Assembly: GCF_022539665.2 (NCBI RefSeq)
Contig: NC_081332.1
Span: forward strand, 7,440,001 to 7,504,000
Length of the DNA: 64,000 bases
Source: Daphnia carinata
Taxonomy: Eukaryota
Direction: 5' to 3'
Below, piece after piece: positions 1 through 12,159 of the stretch. The position numbers were made by a program, and so were the translations under genes. Numbering within the stretch: position 1 is the first letter of the stretch; every line of letters begins with the position of its first letter. The notes below the pieces were generated by a model that worked only from the letters and a program-made list of their open reading frames with translations, searched no databases and was not told the origin of the DNA.

Positions 1-2106
1 CTCAAGTTTCCAGAATTTCATGACCAACTCGTTTAGGCCTTCGGGACGTTCCTCGGTGGTCACATGAGTGATGAACGGAAGTCCGTCTTGTGTCGAGCCC
101 GTTTGTCCACCCAGACACCAGCCAAACGGCGTCTTAAAGCCGATGGGCCCAGTCGTTCCAGCCAGCGGCTTGATGGAAGCTACATGATCATGGGCCTCTG
201 CGACGTCGATTCCTATCAGCACGGTCACGTCCTCTTTTGAACGGTCGGGACGTCAATACCACGTAGGTGTGTCCATGACTCCCACTGTCGAGGGTCGATC
301 GGCGAATTCGGCGTCACCTTCAAGTTGTCGACGAGTTAAGCGTTCTTGACTTCAAACTGGTTTTTACCATCACGAGATGCTAGGGCGAAGTTTACTACGG
401 AAGCCGCGACGATAGACGTGGCTCCGTTATACGAGACAACGGTGATGCGTTTAGACGGCCCAACAAGTCCCAACTTCTTTACCAAGTCGCTCCTAATCAG
501 CGTGGTGTCACTTCCGGTATCCAGGAAACCGAAGTGTCGACCCATGTTTTACCAGCTCTAACACGAACCGGTACGATCTTGAAACGTACACGTCGGTTTA
601 CTGTTTCTAAATGGGTTAAAGTCCCAAGGGATGCAGTCGATGGTGGCACTGGTGGAGCAGCTAACCTCCTCAATGGGATGTGTTGCGTATCTCAACTGAG
701 AGAGTAGCAATAGCTTAACAGCCAGTCTTTGAGCCCTGACTTTCCTGGTTTCACAATTAGAAAACTGAACTAAGATTTGGAATTCTTTATTGAACAAACC
801 AAGGGGGGGTTTCGACGTGAATGTCAACTGGCAAAGGGCAAAAAGAAGACTTCAAAGTTACTAATCAACAGCCCTGAAAGGAACTGTAATGGCAACTCAA
901 ACTTAAAACACAATCTGATTCAGTCGAATTATATGTGCTTCCAAGAAGACACAGACGGGGAACCAAAAGAAAATCGAACGAGTACGGGAGCCCTCTAGGG
1001 AGTCTTGCCTCCACCGATCAAATCGGTGACAGGATGAATTCAGATCCATGAAGCAAGGTGTGCTGTCGGGATCCAGTGCACCCAGCAATAGTACAGCTGA
1101 TATCCTTGGGGCATTCCTTGCGTTCATGGTTTCCCGTAAGACGTAATAAACATCTTCCGGACTTGAATACTTTCTCAGCCCTTTTCGTCGGCGTGAGCGA
1201 CATGAAAATAGTACAGGTTGAAAGATTGTGGACACTGCCGTTACATATAAGGTATTTCCACCGTTCTGTCTTCTCGGCTTGTATCTTCCCCGATGTTGAT
1301 CGGCTAGTTGGAGGCTTGGTTGCTGAAAATGATGACGCCGCTACCTTCGAGCCTTCCATCGTCGATATTTGTCCGATGGTCGCCGTATATGGGAGGCTGA
1401 GTCGTTTGACGTGCTTCCTTTCGTCGAACTTAACACCTTTGGACGTCGACGTGGGTAAAGACTCGAATTCGTTTTTCCCATGTTGTTTGCTCATGAATTT
1501 TAACGTTACCCAGTCGTCTAGAACGGTCGGTTCTACGCCGGCCTTTTTTCGTTTTTCAATCCACTTATCCTTGAGGTAAGGCGTCAATTTCGCTTCAAGG
1601 GTCATCAAGGTGGTATGGCTGTACATCTCATGGTTTGTACTTCGATTTTGAGAGCGTGCTCCTCCAACATAAAAAGAAGAACCGGAGAGTCCTCATACTC
1701 TTCATACAAAGCCTGGAATTTGGCCTGGAATCGTGAGTAATTCTTCGGGTTACCATCAAACGGCTGGATCTTGAAGTTTGGAGGTTGTAGACAACTACAA
1801 CAGCTGCTGTGAGGACGATTGACTTGACTGTGGTTATGGAACGTTCAGAGCGCTCATCTTCATCATGCTTCGCTGACTAGCGTGTTGTTTGCCGCAATGT
1901 CTCTGGACGTGACTCTTGAGCTCTCAATGAGTTTACTTAACTGTTCACACATGCTCCTTAAAGCCTTATTAAGGATTTCTGTTATGGAAGTTTGTTTGCC
2001 TCCATCTGAGCCCTCACCGTTTCCAACTTCAATTCCAGCTTCAGCATCTGAGCTTCAGTCTCCAACTCCCCATGGCTTGATTGTTGGAGAAGGCTGGTTG
2101 ATTTAA
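1..2106 (-). mobile_element. Decayed BEL/Pao LTR retrotransposon fragment A (Gag, Cys/His knuckles, aspartic protease); runs off the window start
   Basis: ORF 1018-1626 has Pao-type knuckles (ICNGSVHNLSTC, CTIAGCTGSRQHTLLH). ORF 336-545 has the protease motif FLDTGSDTT. Positions 1-300 read KTPFGWVSG-like Pao sequence. Frameshifts are present. Confidence 0.85.
681..1031. mobile_element. Solo LTR (351 bp) inserted in Pao fragment A
   Basis: Starts TGTTG and ends TGACA, flanked by the 5-bp direct repeat GGATG (676-680, 1032-1036). It is absent from the paralogous Pao copy near 5830-5845. Confidence 0.85.
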
Positions 2107-2499
2107 CGTTGGTATGCCTTTTCGTGACACGACACCTCATTTTTTGGAAATTTTTTTTGTATACAAGGAAATGTTTCCTACACCTCGCAATTACATTAAT
2201 CTATAGGATATTGATTAAACTATATTCCTTTTTAGTAATATCACAAGTTCATATGTATTAATTATTTTACGAAAGGGAATTTTTTAAAGTGAAGACGGTG
2301 CTAAGTTTTTCCTGTCAAAAATAGTTTATTTTATTCCCACCTGAGGCGCTGAGCTCACAATGTTTTTTTTCTGTGACAGCTAATAGTTCGCTCTAAAAGC
2401 AGACGCATTTCTGCTTGCTTTTACATAGTGACTTTGACTTTAAGGTGGACCTATGGACATGTGAAATACGCTGAGATAGTATTACTACTTCATCAATGG

Positions 2500-4150
2500 G
2501 CTTTGAGGTGGAGGACCCATATCCCTGTGTTAATTACAAAATGTTGTGACATTCAGTTTTGCAATTTAAAGTTGTAAATCTTACCTTTTAGTGAGTACTA
2601 GTTTCTCTACCTTTTTGGGATTCCCTTCCCATGCTATGGGTTCCTTATTCTTTCTCAGTAATTTGTAAATAACTTGCCATGGTATTTCTACCGGTTCGGG
2701 GTGTGAACAATAGTACGGGTGTTCTAAGTCTATGGTACCTTTTATTATACTCTTCGATCAGTTGCAAGAGCTGATGGTTATTGGTTGGGTTAGGCCTTCG
2801 GCTAGAGAGAAGATAAGGCTCGAAATTATGGTTCTCATCCGTTATTGTATTACATTTCTGTTATCAGTTTTTTTGGTTGTGTAATGGCTTGTCTTAAGGA
2901 TCTTCTAACAGGGGTTTTGACGTTTGTTTCTCTTTAACGTCTTACTCATAATGATACAATTTTTATTCTCTACATGTGGAACATGTTCAAATAGCAATAC
3001 TACAGAAGATCGTTTTGATTCTACGCTTTAGCACGTTAGTACATCCTAATTCAATTGGTTTAGATGCAAATACTTGTTTGTTGTCGTTTAAGACTTTCCC
3101 TATCTCATTTCCACCTATCACTAACAGATGGGATAATTCGAAGGTAATGGTTGAATTTCCTTTAATGCTATAGATTAGGATTGCTATTTTCATAATACTA
3201 AATCGGATTGTATTCCGTTCTATACTAATATTAGTGTTTTATTAGCTACATGGATTTTTGTTTTATATTTTTGATGAAAAAATCTAAGCCTATGATACAC
3301 CAAACCATGTTGAAAACCGAAGTTTGGAGCTAATTTAATACTTAAAGTAAAACATCCTTAAGGGTACATAACATTCCCTGAGACCGATATAAATCATTGG
3401 CGAATTTTAGGTTCTAATTCAACTTAGATTGCCTTATGGAGTAACAGAGAAAATTTTTCCGACGATATGGTACTGGCTGCTGCTCCCACATCTACTAAAA
3501 CTTGGCATTTCTGATTGCTTAAATCTACGGGTATTTTAATTAGTTTACATGACTGTCTTGTGTTCTTGTTATCCAGATATGTGTATTGTGTGCAATCCTG
3601 ATATCTTCCACGGCTATTGGATCTGTCACGGGAAATCTATCTCGATCTTCTTTGTATGATCGCTCTTGGCGATTTCTTTTCAATTAGCTATCCCTCAATG
3701 GCTGTCTGCCTTCCCATTTAACACTATTCTATCTGGACGGGTTCCTTCCTTGGCGGTATGAGTCGACAATGTTTAATGACAATCCCTGCTATTTGCGGTT
3801 GCTGAGGTAAGATATGTAGAATGGGACGGCAATGCCTGACTGGCAGCAAGACCTAGTCTCATTACATTGGTAATGCTGTATGACTTAGCCTCATTGCAAG
3901 GTACCATAATAGTGCTACATACTTTTTCTCTGTAAATGAATAATTTAGTTACCATTTAGATAGTAAGCGACTTGCGTATTCTACTGGTGTTTTGGTTCTC
4001 TTGAAGGGCTGTGTTAGTACTCCTCCTCTGTCGTAACTGAATGCATCCGGAAAAATTTCCATCGCCAAATTTGTTGTTTAGATGGTCTAGCTCTGTAGTT
4101 GATGTAAGTGCCTCATTCAAAGCATTGAAACTCTAAACCTGATACGTTCC
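2500..4150 (-). pseudogene. Highly decayed Ty3/Gypsy gag-protease-pre-RT remnant
   Basis: The minus strand reads KLIKIPVDLSNQKCQVLVDVGAAAST (about 3470-3546) and IIGLDFF (about 3275-3296), both retropepsin motifs. Many stops; boundaries approximate. Confidence 0.6.
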
Positions 4151-4479
4151 TCAAATGAAAGGAGTTTCATTGTTTGTTAACGAGATGAGTTAACGTGCGA
4201 TGGCTGTAAAATGCTGGATGTGACGTTGATAACGGGGGCACAATCCCAGGAAGCCTTCCACCCGGTTAATTTAGGTTACTGTAGAGTGACTATGTGACTC
4301 TACAGTAACTACAGTACTCTATGTGTGACTATTGCTAGAAATGGAAAATTTTAATGGCCTCCATTTTTTCAGAATCAGGATCTACACTGTCTTTGGTAAC
4401 AACTTGCCCAAAAAAATTAAATGTAATGTGTTAATGTGTGTCCAAAAATTTCATGTCTCTCAGCCAATAAGTACTTTGA

Positions 4480-5300
4480 CTATTTGAGTTTCACGCTTCC
4501 TTTCCCAAGGCGATCCAGAACTGAGCGTAGTCGTTCCAAGTGTGCTTAAACCGTTGCCGATAATATGTTCAAGCCATCTAGGAACACGATACAACCCGTA
4601 CATCTATCGTAGTTTGTTTTAAAAGGCTGCCTTAGATCTATCCTACTCGGCGACTGAAACCAGTTGGTATCCGGATTGAAGATCCATGCTGACCATAATT
4701 GTAGCCCTCTCCACGCGGCTCGGTGTATCGGCTACGCGAGATTGGGGGTAAGAATCTCTTATTTCACGTCACTGCATTGCGCATACGGCAATCCACGCAG
4801 AAACGCCAAGTTCCGTCCTTCTACTTTGTTATAACCACAGGAGAAGACCAAGTATTGTCAGGGTATACCATTATTATCTGACACAACATTCCTTCCCCCT
4901 GCTTTTGAGTCACGATTCGGTCTTTCCTAGCAATTCTATTAGGCACCTGGTGAATTGGATGGTTAATTCCCGCATATATATCATGTTCTACCAATGTGTA
5001 GTGTCCCAAATCTTTTTCACTTAAAACCAAACAGCTAAAGGAATCCTAAAGAATTTCCAGCACCTCACTTCTTTGATCTTTCTGTAGGTTTTTCCAATTC
5101 TGGGTTTCCAATTATTTAATAATTTTTTAATTTTGTGAGTCGCGGTACCCGTTTCTGAGGCTTTGCCAGATTGTTGTACTTTCCAGCCTATTTAAATTCT
5201 TCTACAGTTCCCAATGACAAACCATTTTTCAGCAAACTAATTTTGAAGACTGGCTACAAGAATATTTTCTAGTCAGCCCGAACAAGAGCGTGGCTCGTAG
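4480..5300 (-). pseudogene. Decayed Ty3/Gypsy reverse transcriptase fragment
   Basis: ORF 4821-5030 (DLGHYTLVEHDIYAG...WSSPVVITK) is followed by DGTWRFCVDCR and MDLQSGYQ motifs. Confidence 0.8.
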
Positions 5301-5504
5301 ACAGGTTTGTAACGGCCGTAAGTGAATCCGAACGAAAACAAACATCTTCCATTTTGTTACAAACGTTTGCTCAAACTTAAGCGGTACGATGACTGGATAC
5401 TAACACCGTATATTCAGATTTTCTATACTGCGAATGGAGATTGCTGTGAGCGAAAAATCACCCATTTTGGAAAGTTGGTGCTCCGTTTGATAATTAAACC
5501 GTAT

Positions 5505-8500
5505 GAGTCAATGGAAGGTTCGAGATTGTCGGCGTCATCATCTTCGGCAACCGCGCCTCCAAGGAGCCGACCAACATCATAGAAGAGAACCGCCGAGAAG
5601 ACGGTACATTGGAGATCCCGTGTATGCAACGGTAGAACCCACACATCCACCCACACACATCTTTCAAACTGCACCTTCTTCACATCTCCCTCGCTCACAA
5701 GAAAGTATTCCGGGAGATCTTTGCTGTGTCCCACCGGCAAACAAGAGGGAAAAGAATATCCAAGGGACATCAGTTGTACCATCGCTGGATGCACTGGTTC
5801 TCCACACCACAATTTGCTTCGCGGCATTGAACTCATCCAACTGAGGAAGCTAGCGGATCCAACTGCTCCATTAGATCAACCATTGGCAGCAATCCTTTGA
5901 CCTTAACCCTCTTCGAAACAGTAAAGTGATTTCTAGATTGTACCGGTTCGTATTGGAGTTGGTGAAACATGAGTCATCATTTTCGGTTTCCTGGATACTG
6001 GAGGCAATTCTACGCTGAACAGGAGCGACGTAGTAAAGAAGTTGGGACTTGTTGAACCGTCTAAATTCATCAGCGTTGTCTCGTAGGATGAAGCCACGTC
6101 GAACGTTAAGGCTTCCTTAGTAAATTTCGACCTCTCGTCTCGTGACAGCACAAGTAAGTTTGAAATCAAACACGCTTGCGCCGTTGGCAATTTAAAGGTG
6201 ACGCCGAATTTGCCGATCGACCTTCTACAGTTGGTGTCCTGGGCACACCTACGTGGTATTGAAGTCCCGACCGTTCAACAGGAGGACGTAACCGTGTTGA
6301 TAGTCATCGAAGTCGCAGAGGCCCATGATCATGAAGCTTTCATCAAGCCGACAGTTGGAACGATTTTTGTTTGGGTGGTGTTTGGATAGTCAAACGGGCC
6401 CCGCCACAGGATGGACGCCCGCTCATCGCTCGTTTGGTAACCGAGGAACGTCGCGAGGACCTTAACTAGTTAGTCAAGCAGTTCTGGCAACTTAACCTCA
6501 AGAACGTAGAAATAGAGCACCCCGTTCTATCCGAAGACAATCTACGTGAAAATCGCATCCTCGAATCTTCTGTAAAAATTATTAAGTAAACGGTATCAAA
6601 TCGGCTTAATGTGAAAAGCAGACTAAGTAAAGCTTCCGAACACTCTTCTTCTGCATTGAAAAGGCTATACGCTTTTGGAAGACGTTTTCATCGAGACGAT
6701 GACTTCGCCTGAAAATACGATACAGTGGTCAAAAAATACATCCTTAGACACGTCAGAATCCTCACGACTCATTGGCACGGAAAGAGACGAAGAAGACGTG
6801 GTATTTATCGCACCATGGGGGCGTGAGCTCATCTAGCTCATCGACAAAAGTTCGTGCTATATTCAATTGAGCTGCAGAGTTTCGTGGTACGTGTTAAAAT
6901 GTAGTGCAGCAAGGGGCCGTTAGGTCTACAGCCAATATACAGTCTCAATCAAGCACTCAAGTGTGTCGGACCATTACTACAGTACGTCGATAAATTAAAA
7001 TTTGCTTCGGGGAGCTACTTTCTCGTTAGCTTGCTCGGTGTACTCATACGTTTCCTGCGTTACCTCGTATTAGTCGGAGCGAACATCGAGAATCATGATT
7101 CAACTCCGAAGATAAGGCAATGATTCAACTCTGTCAAACGGCCCGCCAAATGAAGGCTCGTCTTCAATTAGGCGGCTTCAACTTAACGAATTTGACATTA
7201 TTTCGCAAGCACCAAATTCCCATCAGTAGTGACATTGAGAAAATGTATCATCAATTTTAGTTCCAGAAAAGGATCAAGATGCTTTTCGGTTTTTGTACCA
7301 GTCGCCTAGTAGTACGTCGCCACCCCTTACTTACAGAATGTCAGTTCATGTCTTTGGAGCTGTATCGTCACCGTCGACCTGCTTGTTCACCTTGAACAAA
7401 ACAGCTGAAGGCAACAAAACGAATTTTCCGGAGTCAGCTGTCAGCTTAACAACAAGTTTCTACGTCGACAACTATTTGGATTCGTTCAATTCGGCATAAG
7501 AGACAATCAAACGGGCCCGCCAGTTAAAGGAATTGCTACAGCTGGGGGTATTAACCTCACTAAATGGTCTTCGTCGTCAAGAAAGGTTCTCACTGCTCAT
7601 AATCCATTAGGACTAGCCAACCCAAAGCTAGACTTGGACAAATTGCCTATGGATCGCGCCTACGGATTCTTTGGGACAGTGAAATCGATTCTTCACTTTA
7701 ATGTGGGAGAGAAAATTCAGTCGTTCCCACACCTACTAAGATAAATTTTGTGGTAGCCACTGCTTGGATTCGTCGCTCCGGTGATGTTCGCCATGAAAAT
7801 ATTGACGCAAGAGGTATGGCGAGCCAAATTAGATTGGGACGAAGAGCTACCCGAGCCATTGAAATTTCTATTGCTAAGATGGTGTCAAAGTTTTTCAGGC
7901 TTAGAACACATCACAGCTCCTTGGCGCCTCGTTTTGGAAGATTATCCAATAACTCAACAGCTATACGTTTTTGCCGACGTCAGTCAACTAGGATTTGGAG
8001 CAGTCGCTTCTGTGCGGACGTCAAACGCAAGTGAAAGAGTAGACATATCTTTCATCATGGCCAAGACACATGTCGCACCGCTAAAACAACTCTCGATCCC
8101 TCGGCTCGAACTCCAAGGAGCTGTCGAAGCTTTTCACCTGGCCATAACAATAGATGAACCTGGATCTGAGTCAAACCATGTTTCATGTCGACTCCCAGAC
8201 AGTTCTGAGATAGATCCCTTCCGCTAAGGCCAAATATGAAGTGTTTGTGAGCAACAGAATTGGAAAGATTTTAATGAAAACCGATTGTCGATAATGGCGG
8301 CACGTACCAGGAATTCAGATTCCAGCAGACGTCTGCAGCAGAAGATTGGATCCCGACAACCTTTCTATTGTTGGAACCTCCACTATGGCCAACGCAGGAT
8401 CATATCGAACAAAACGACCATCAAGATCCCGAAGTCCTCCACGTCTATACAACAAAGACCGAACCCAGTGACAACGTGATCGACAAGTGTGTGGAATATT

Positions 8501-9552
8501 ATTGAAACAAAGTGCGCCTTGAACGAGTGCTTGCGTGGTGTTGCCAGTTGAAACTGAAATAGCTCTTGCAATGTGCATTCGACGTGCAAAAGAAGTGGCA
8601 TACCCGGAATATTTGTCGTTTTTTAAAAAATGGAAGGATAACCGCTGGACGGAAGGTAATTAAATCTCTACTCAACAAGTGTATTCCCTGCAAGCGAAGG
8701 AACACACAACCAATACCGCCACTCATGGCTCCATTACCAGTTCATTGCATAACTCCATTCTTGCCCCCGTTTGCTCATACAGGATCTCTCGATTTTCCAG
8801 CATAAGGGTAAAGCCAGTCGTTGTGTATAGAGATAATGGCACAAACCTTGTAGCTGGAGAAAGGAGTTGAACGAGGCAGACGAAGAGCTATAAAGGAACA
8901 AAGATTATCTCGAAGCACAACTTACCTGTCTACACATCGAGTGGCATTTTTTCTCCACCAAGTGGACCTCACTTTGGCGGAGTTTGGGAGAGATTCGTGC
9001 AATTTTGCAAAAGAGCTATGAAAGTGACCCTAGGGAATAGTGTCGTAAGTGATCAAGTCATGAATACTGCCGTGGCAGAGGTCGGGGCATTGCTTAACGC
9101 CCGGCCTCTAATTCATCTCAGCATAAAACGCGAAGATCCCGACCCTCTTACGTCGACAGATCGTCGACCTCGATAATGTAAACATCTCAAAAACCCAGTT
9201 AGCACAAAGCCAGCTTATTGTGAACCACCACTAGAAAAGGTGGATTGCCGAGTGTTTGCCGTTTCTCACCGAAAGGGAAAAATGGTTCAAGCATCACAAA
9301 AACATCGAAGTGATTGATCTTGTACTAGTAGTCGACCCATTAACTTCTCGAGTTCAGTGGCCATTAGGAAAGGTAGTCGAAATCTTACCAAGTGCCTCTG
9401 GCAATGTCGTGCGCGTCGTTGAAGTAAAGATTTCGGGCGCAAAAAATACCCTGACGCGCCCGGTAACACGGCTATGCGTGCTTTCAACGCGAAATGAAAA
9501 GGCACCCGAAGCGAGCCAGGTACCCACAGTGTCAAATCTGCCCACCCACTAG
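5505..9552 (+). mobile_element. Decayed BEL/Pao element B (Gag end, protease, RT, RNase H, integrase, C-terminal DUF5641-like region)
   Basis: Motifs FLDTGGNST, SDIEKMYHQ, HVFGAVSSP, FYVDNYLDS, VFADVSQLGFG, SIPRLELQGA, YRDNGTNLV, PHFGGVWER and WPLGKVVE...RPVTRLCVL. Many frameshifts and deletions. Confidence 0.9.
6892..6981. mobile_element. 90-bp TG...CA insertion with a 5-bp TSD (miniature solo-LTR-like element)
   Basis: Runs TGTTAAAA...TACTACA, flanked by GTACG (6887-6891, 6982-6986). Removing it restores the Pao RT reading FRGTSIN*NLLRG. Confidence 0.75.
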
Positions 9553-9817
9553 GGAGGGAAGGTCATCCAATGACCTCAGGAGACAATATACACGTGAACC
9601 TGTCTATGACTGCCCTCCAGTGAACCGCTCGGTAAGGCCACCCTTTCAGACATCGTCAAAACGTAGTGTGCAACACTGGCGTAAGATCAGTAGGAAGTTA
9701 TCAACAATCAGCCACACTGGACTTTCTCAGTGTCTCCCAAGTGTGCCTTTAAACGACGAAACTTTTTCGAACTATTAAGTGCTAGCGTCCTTTCCCTTCT
9801 GTGAACATTAACAAGTA

Positions 9818-10954
9818 TGGTGTCGGTGGTCTTAACCTGTGAGTATGGAAGAAATCAACGATCGTAGTCGACAGAAACTCTTGTTCGAACTAAGCGTGTA
9901 GTGGAAAATTTTGATCGCGAAGAAAAGAAAGCTTGGGCATTGCTCACTCAACGTCCTTTAGATGTCACTGAAGTGAAAGACAAGATAGCAGCCTTAAATT
10001 TTATTCGAAATCAAATGCAGGAAACGCTTTGCAAAAAAATCATGGTGATCGGCCCACCACGTGAATCCCTAAGGAAAGTTGAGTCATCCGAGACGACTCA
10101 AGGAGACAATCGACGACATTTTACTGGCGAAAAACGAAGCCATCGACCACGTCTAAAGGTACCAACCTGCGGTCCTACGTCTCGACGAGGAGTACGAAAA
10201 GAGGCAGCAAGACCTCGTGAACGTACACGTTCATTTCAACAGCGAGAGAGAGACCCTGATGAGTGGATATATCTGGTCTCTCTTACGCACAGATCGGGAA
10301 AAGGCGGCCGATGCTCCGTTACCATAATAGATCTACAAGAGATCACACCAACAAGAGAGCGGGAACTTTTCGGGTTCGTTCCGAGACGGGACATGACCGA
10401 TTCGAGACGAGGACGGCAGATACGTGGAAATAATCATCGTGGTTACCGACACATCACTTCATCTGGAAGAAATCTTACTGGCGTCATAGCGAACATTCCT
10501 GAAAGACGTGGCCAACCTAGCGTCGTACTTAGAGAAACTACAGCTAATCAACAATTTGGAGGTGCTCCTGCCGGAAATTTTATTCCTTTTGGACAAACTG
10601 AACAATTTTCCGGAAGCCAACAATCCATTCTTCGCACAGCAGGCGAGGGCCATCAAGCCAATAATCCCGCAAACGGAAAAACAATTAAGACAAGCGCTGT
10701 TGTGCATACAAACGAACAACACACAACAACAAGCCACATTGATCCAACAAACATCGCCGCTGTCGGAAAACATTCCAAAGAAGAGAAGGACACGCAGAAG
10801 ACACCGACGTTGCAGACAGTCAATCTGTCAATTCTACCCACAAATCCACCCCTCCAGCCAACCGGAAGAGATACTAGAGGGTATCAGTCAATTCAGGGTA
10901 GCATTCCAGAACTCCTCAGAATCCACAGCGAACTTTGAAATTCCCCATATTTAA
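9818..10954 (+). pseudogene. PBS-like site followed by a decayed helical/coiled-coil ORF, probably a Gag N-terminal region of an LTR element
   Basis: ...TTAACA-AGTA-TGGTGTCGGTGG (9818-9829), then an ATG at 9846 and frameshifted helical reading frames (for example ANLASYLEKLQLINNLEVLL). Confidence 0.4.
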
Positions 10955-11059
10955 TTCAAACATGGCTAGATCTTTATCGCCGTCACGTGCAGCTACAGTC
11001 AATGACTTTTGAATTTTCAGACAAATCAGCATACTTTTTCGCGTTTACAATTGCTTCTT

Positions 11060-12129
11060 TCTTTTTCGGGAAGTCCAATTTCTCCATTTGACTCCTGGCT
11101 TGAGAACTTTGAAAGCATAGTTGAAGGGTAAGGATGGTATGGAAGCTCAATGTTTGGGTATGGAAGCTCTTAAAGAAGCTTTACTCGACCATTTTCACGG
11201 GGATGAAAATGTTGATTTATATATTACAAAATTTAATAAGGCAAAACGTAAACCGGGCGAAAAAATTATAGATTATGCTCACCGTCTTCAAGCTATCTTT
11301 AAGAAAGCGTACCCTGAAGGCTATGCCGAGCGATCCTTTTCGATTATTCTTATGCAGAAATTTATAGAAGGTTTGGATTCAAAATTGCAGGCTAAAGTAA
11401 GGTACAAGACATTTGGAGACTTTAGCGCACAGGTTGCAGGGACAAACATTTATGCCGTTCGCCTAGAAGCTTTGGAATCAGACCGTGAAAAACATGAATT
11501 CGTTAGAGCGATTGATGAGTCAAAAGATGGGAAACATTCGGAATTAAACGAACTTAAACAAACGATAATTCATCAGAAGGAAATAGTCAGTCATGCCGTT
11601 GCGAACATTCGTCAGGGAAATAAGACCGTAGACACTCCAAAATCTGAGAGGGATGAAATGAAAGATATGCTACACGAGCTAACGCAGGCGGTAAACAACT
11701 CCAACTTGAGAAGAGGGATAATGTTTCATCTTCGGCGAGTGCCCCATATAAAAAAAGGGTTTCGTTTAGCACTGATAACAACGGGAGAGAAATTGGGGAT
11801 CCCATAATTTGCGCTCCCATAACAATACCCACCCTTACCAAAGAGATAGAAACCAAAATAGGCTTACAAACTTTACACCACCCTTCCCAAGATCTAGTAA
11901 TAATCCAAATAATAGGCCTACCGAGAACGTAATAACTTGTAACTTTTGCGGTTATCGTGGTCATACACAATCGGATTGCCGTAAATTCCAGCGGCATAAT
12001 TTGGAACAAGCGCAGCACCCAATCTGTTATTCTTGCCGTGAGATTGGTCATAAATCGAATAACTGCCCCGAATATAGCTCCAATAGGCCTAATATTCCAG
12101 GTCCCCCTCAACATCAGGGAAACCAATAA
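11060..12129 (+). pseudogene. gag: Gypsy-1 gag (capsid plus two CCHC zinc knuckles), frameshifted
   Basis: FSGSPISPFDSWLENFE, MQKFIEGL, CNFCGYRGHTQSDC, CYSCREIGHKSNNC. Confidence 0.9.
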
Positions 12130-12159
12130 GTATCAACTGTAACTTCGGGTCAGTTGATA
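12117..12159 (+). promoter_or_regulatory. Putative -1 programmed ribosomal frameshift signal (gag to pol)
   Basis: G GGA AAC in the gag frame, a 7-nt spacer, then a 9-bp stem TATCAACTG/CAGTTGATA with cTTCGg in the loop. The -1 frame is open into the protease ORF at 12171. Confidence 0.75.

Noticed and set aside
2900..2990. KRNKR furin-like site on the minus strand suggesting an F-type env
   Set aside because: It lies in the decayed protease-to-RT spacer in a short frame with no fusion peptide.
5308..5361. TGTAAC...GTTACA mini-LTR
   Set aside because: The flanks (AGGTT and AACGT) give no TSD, and it is too short to support.
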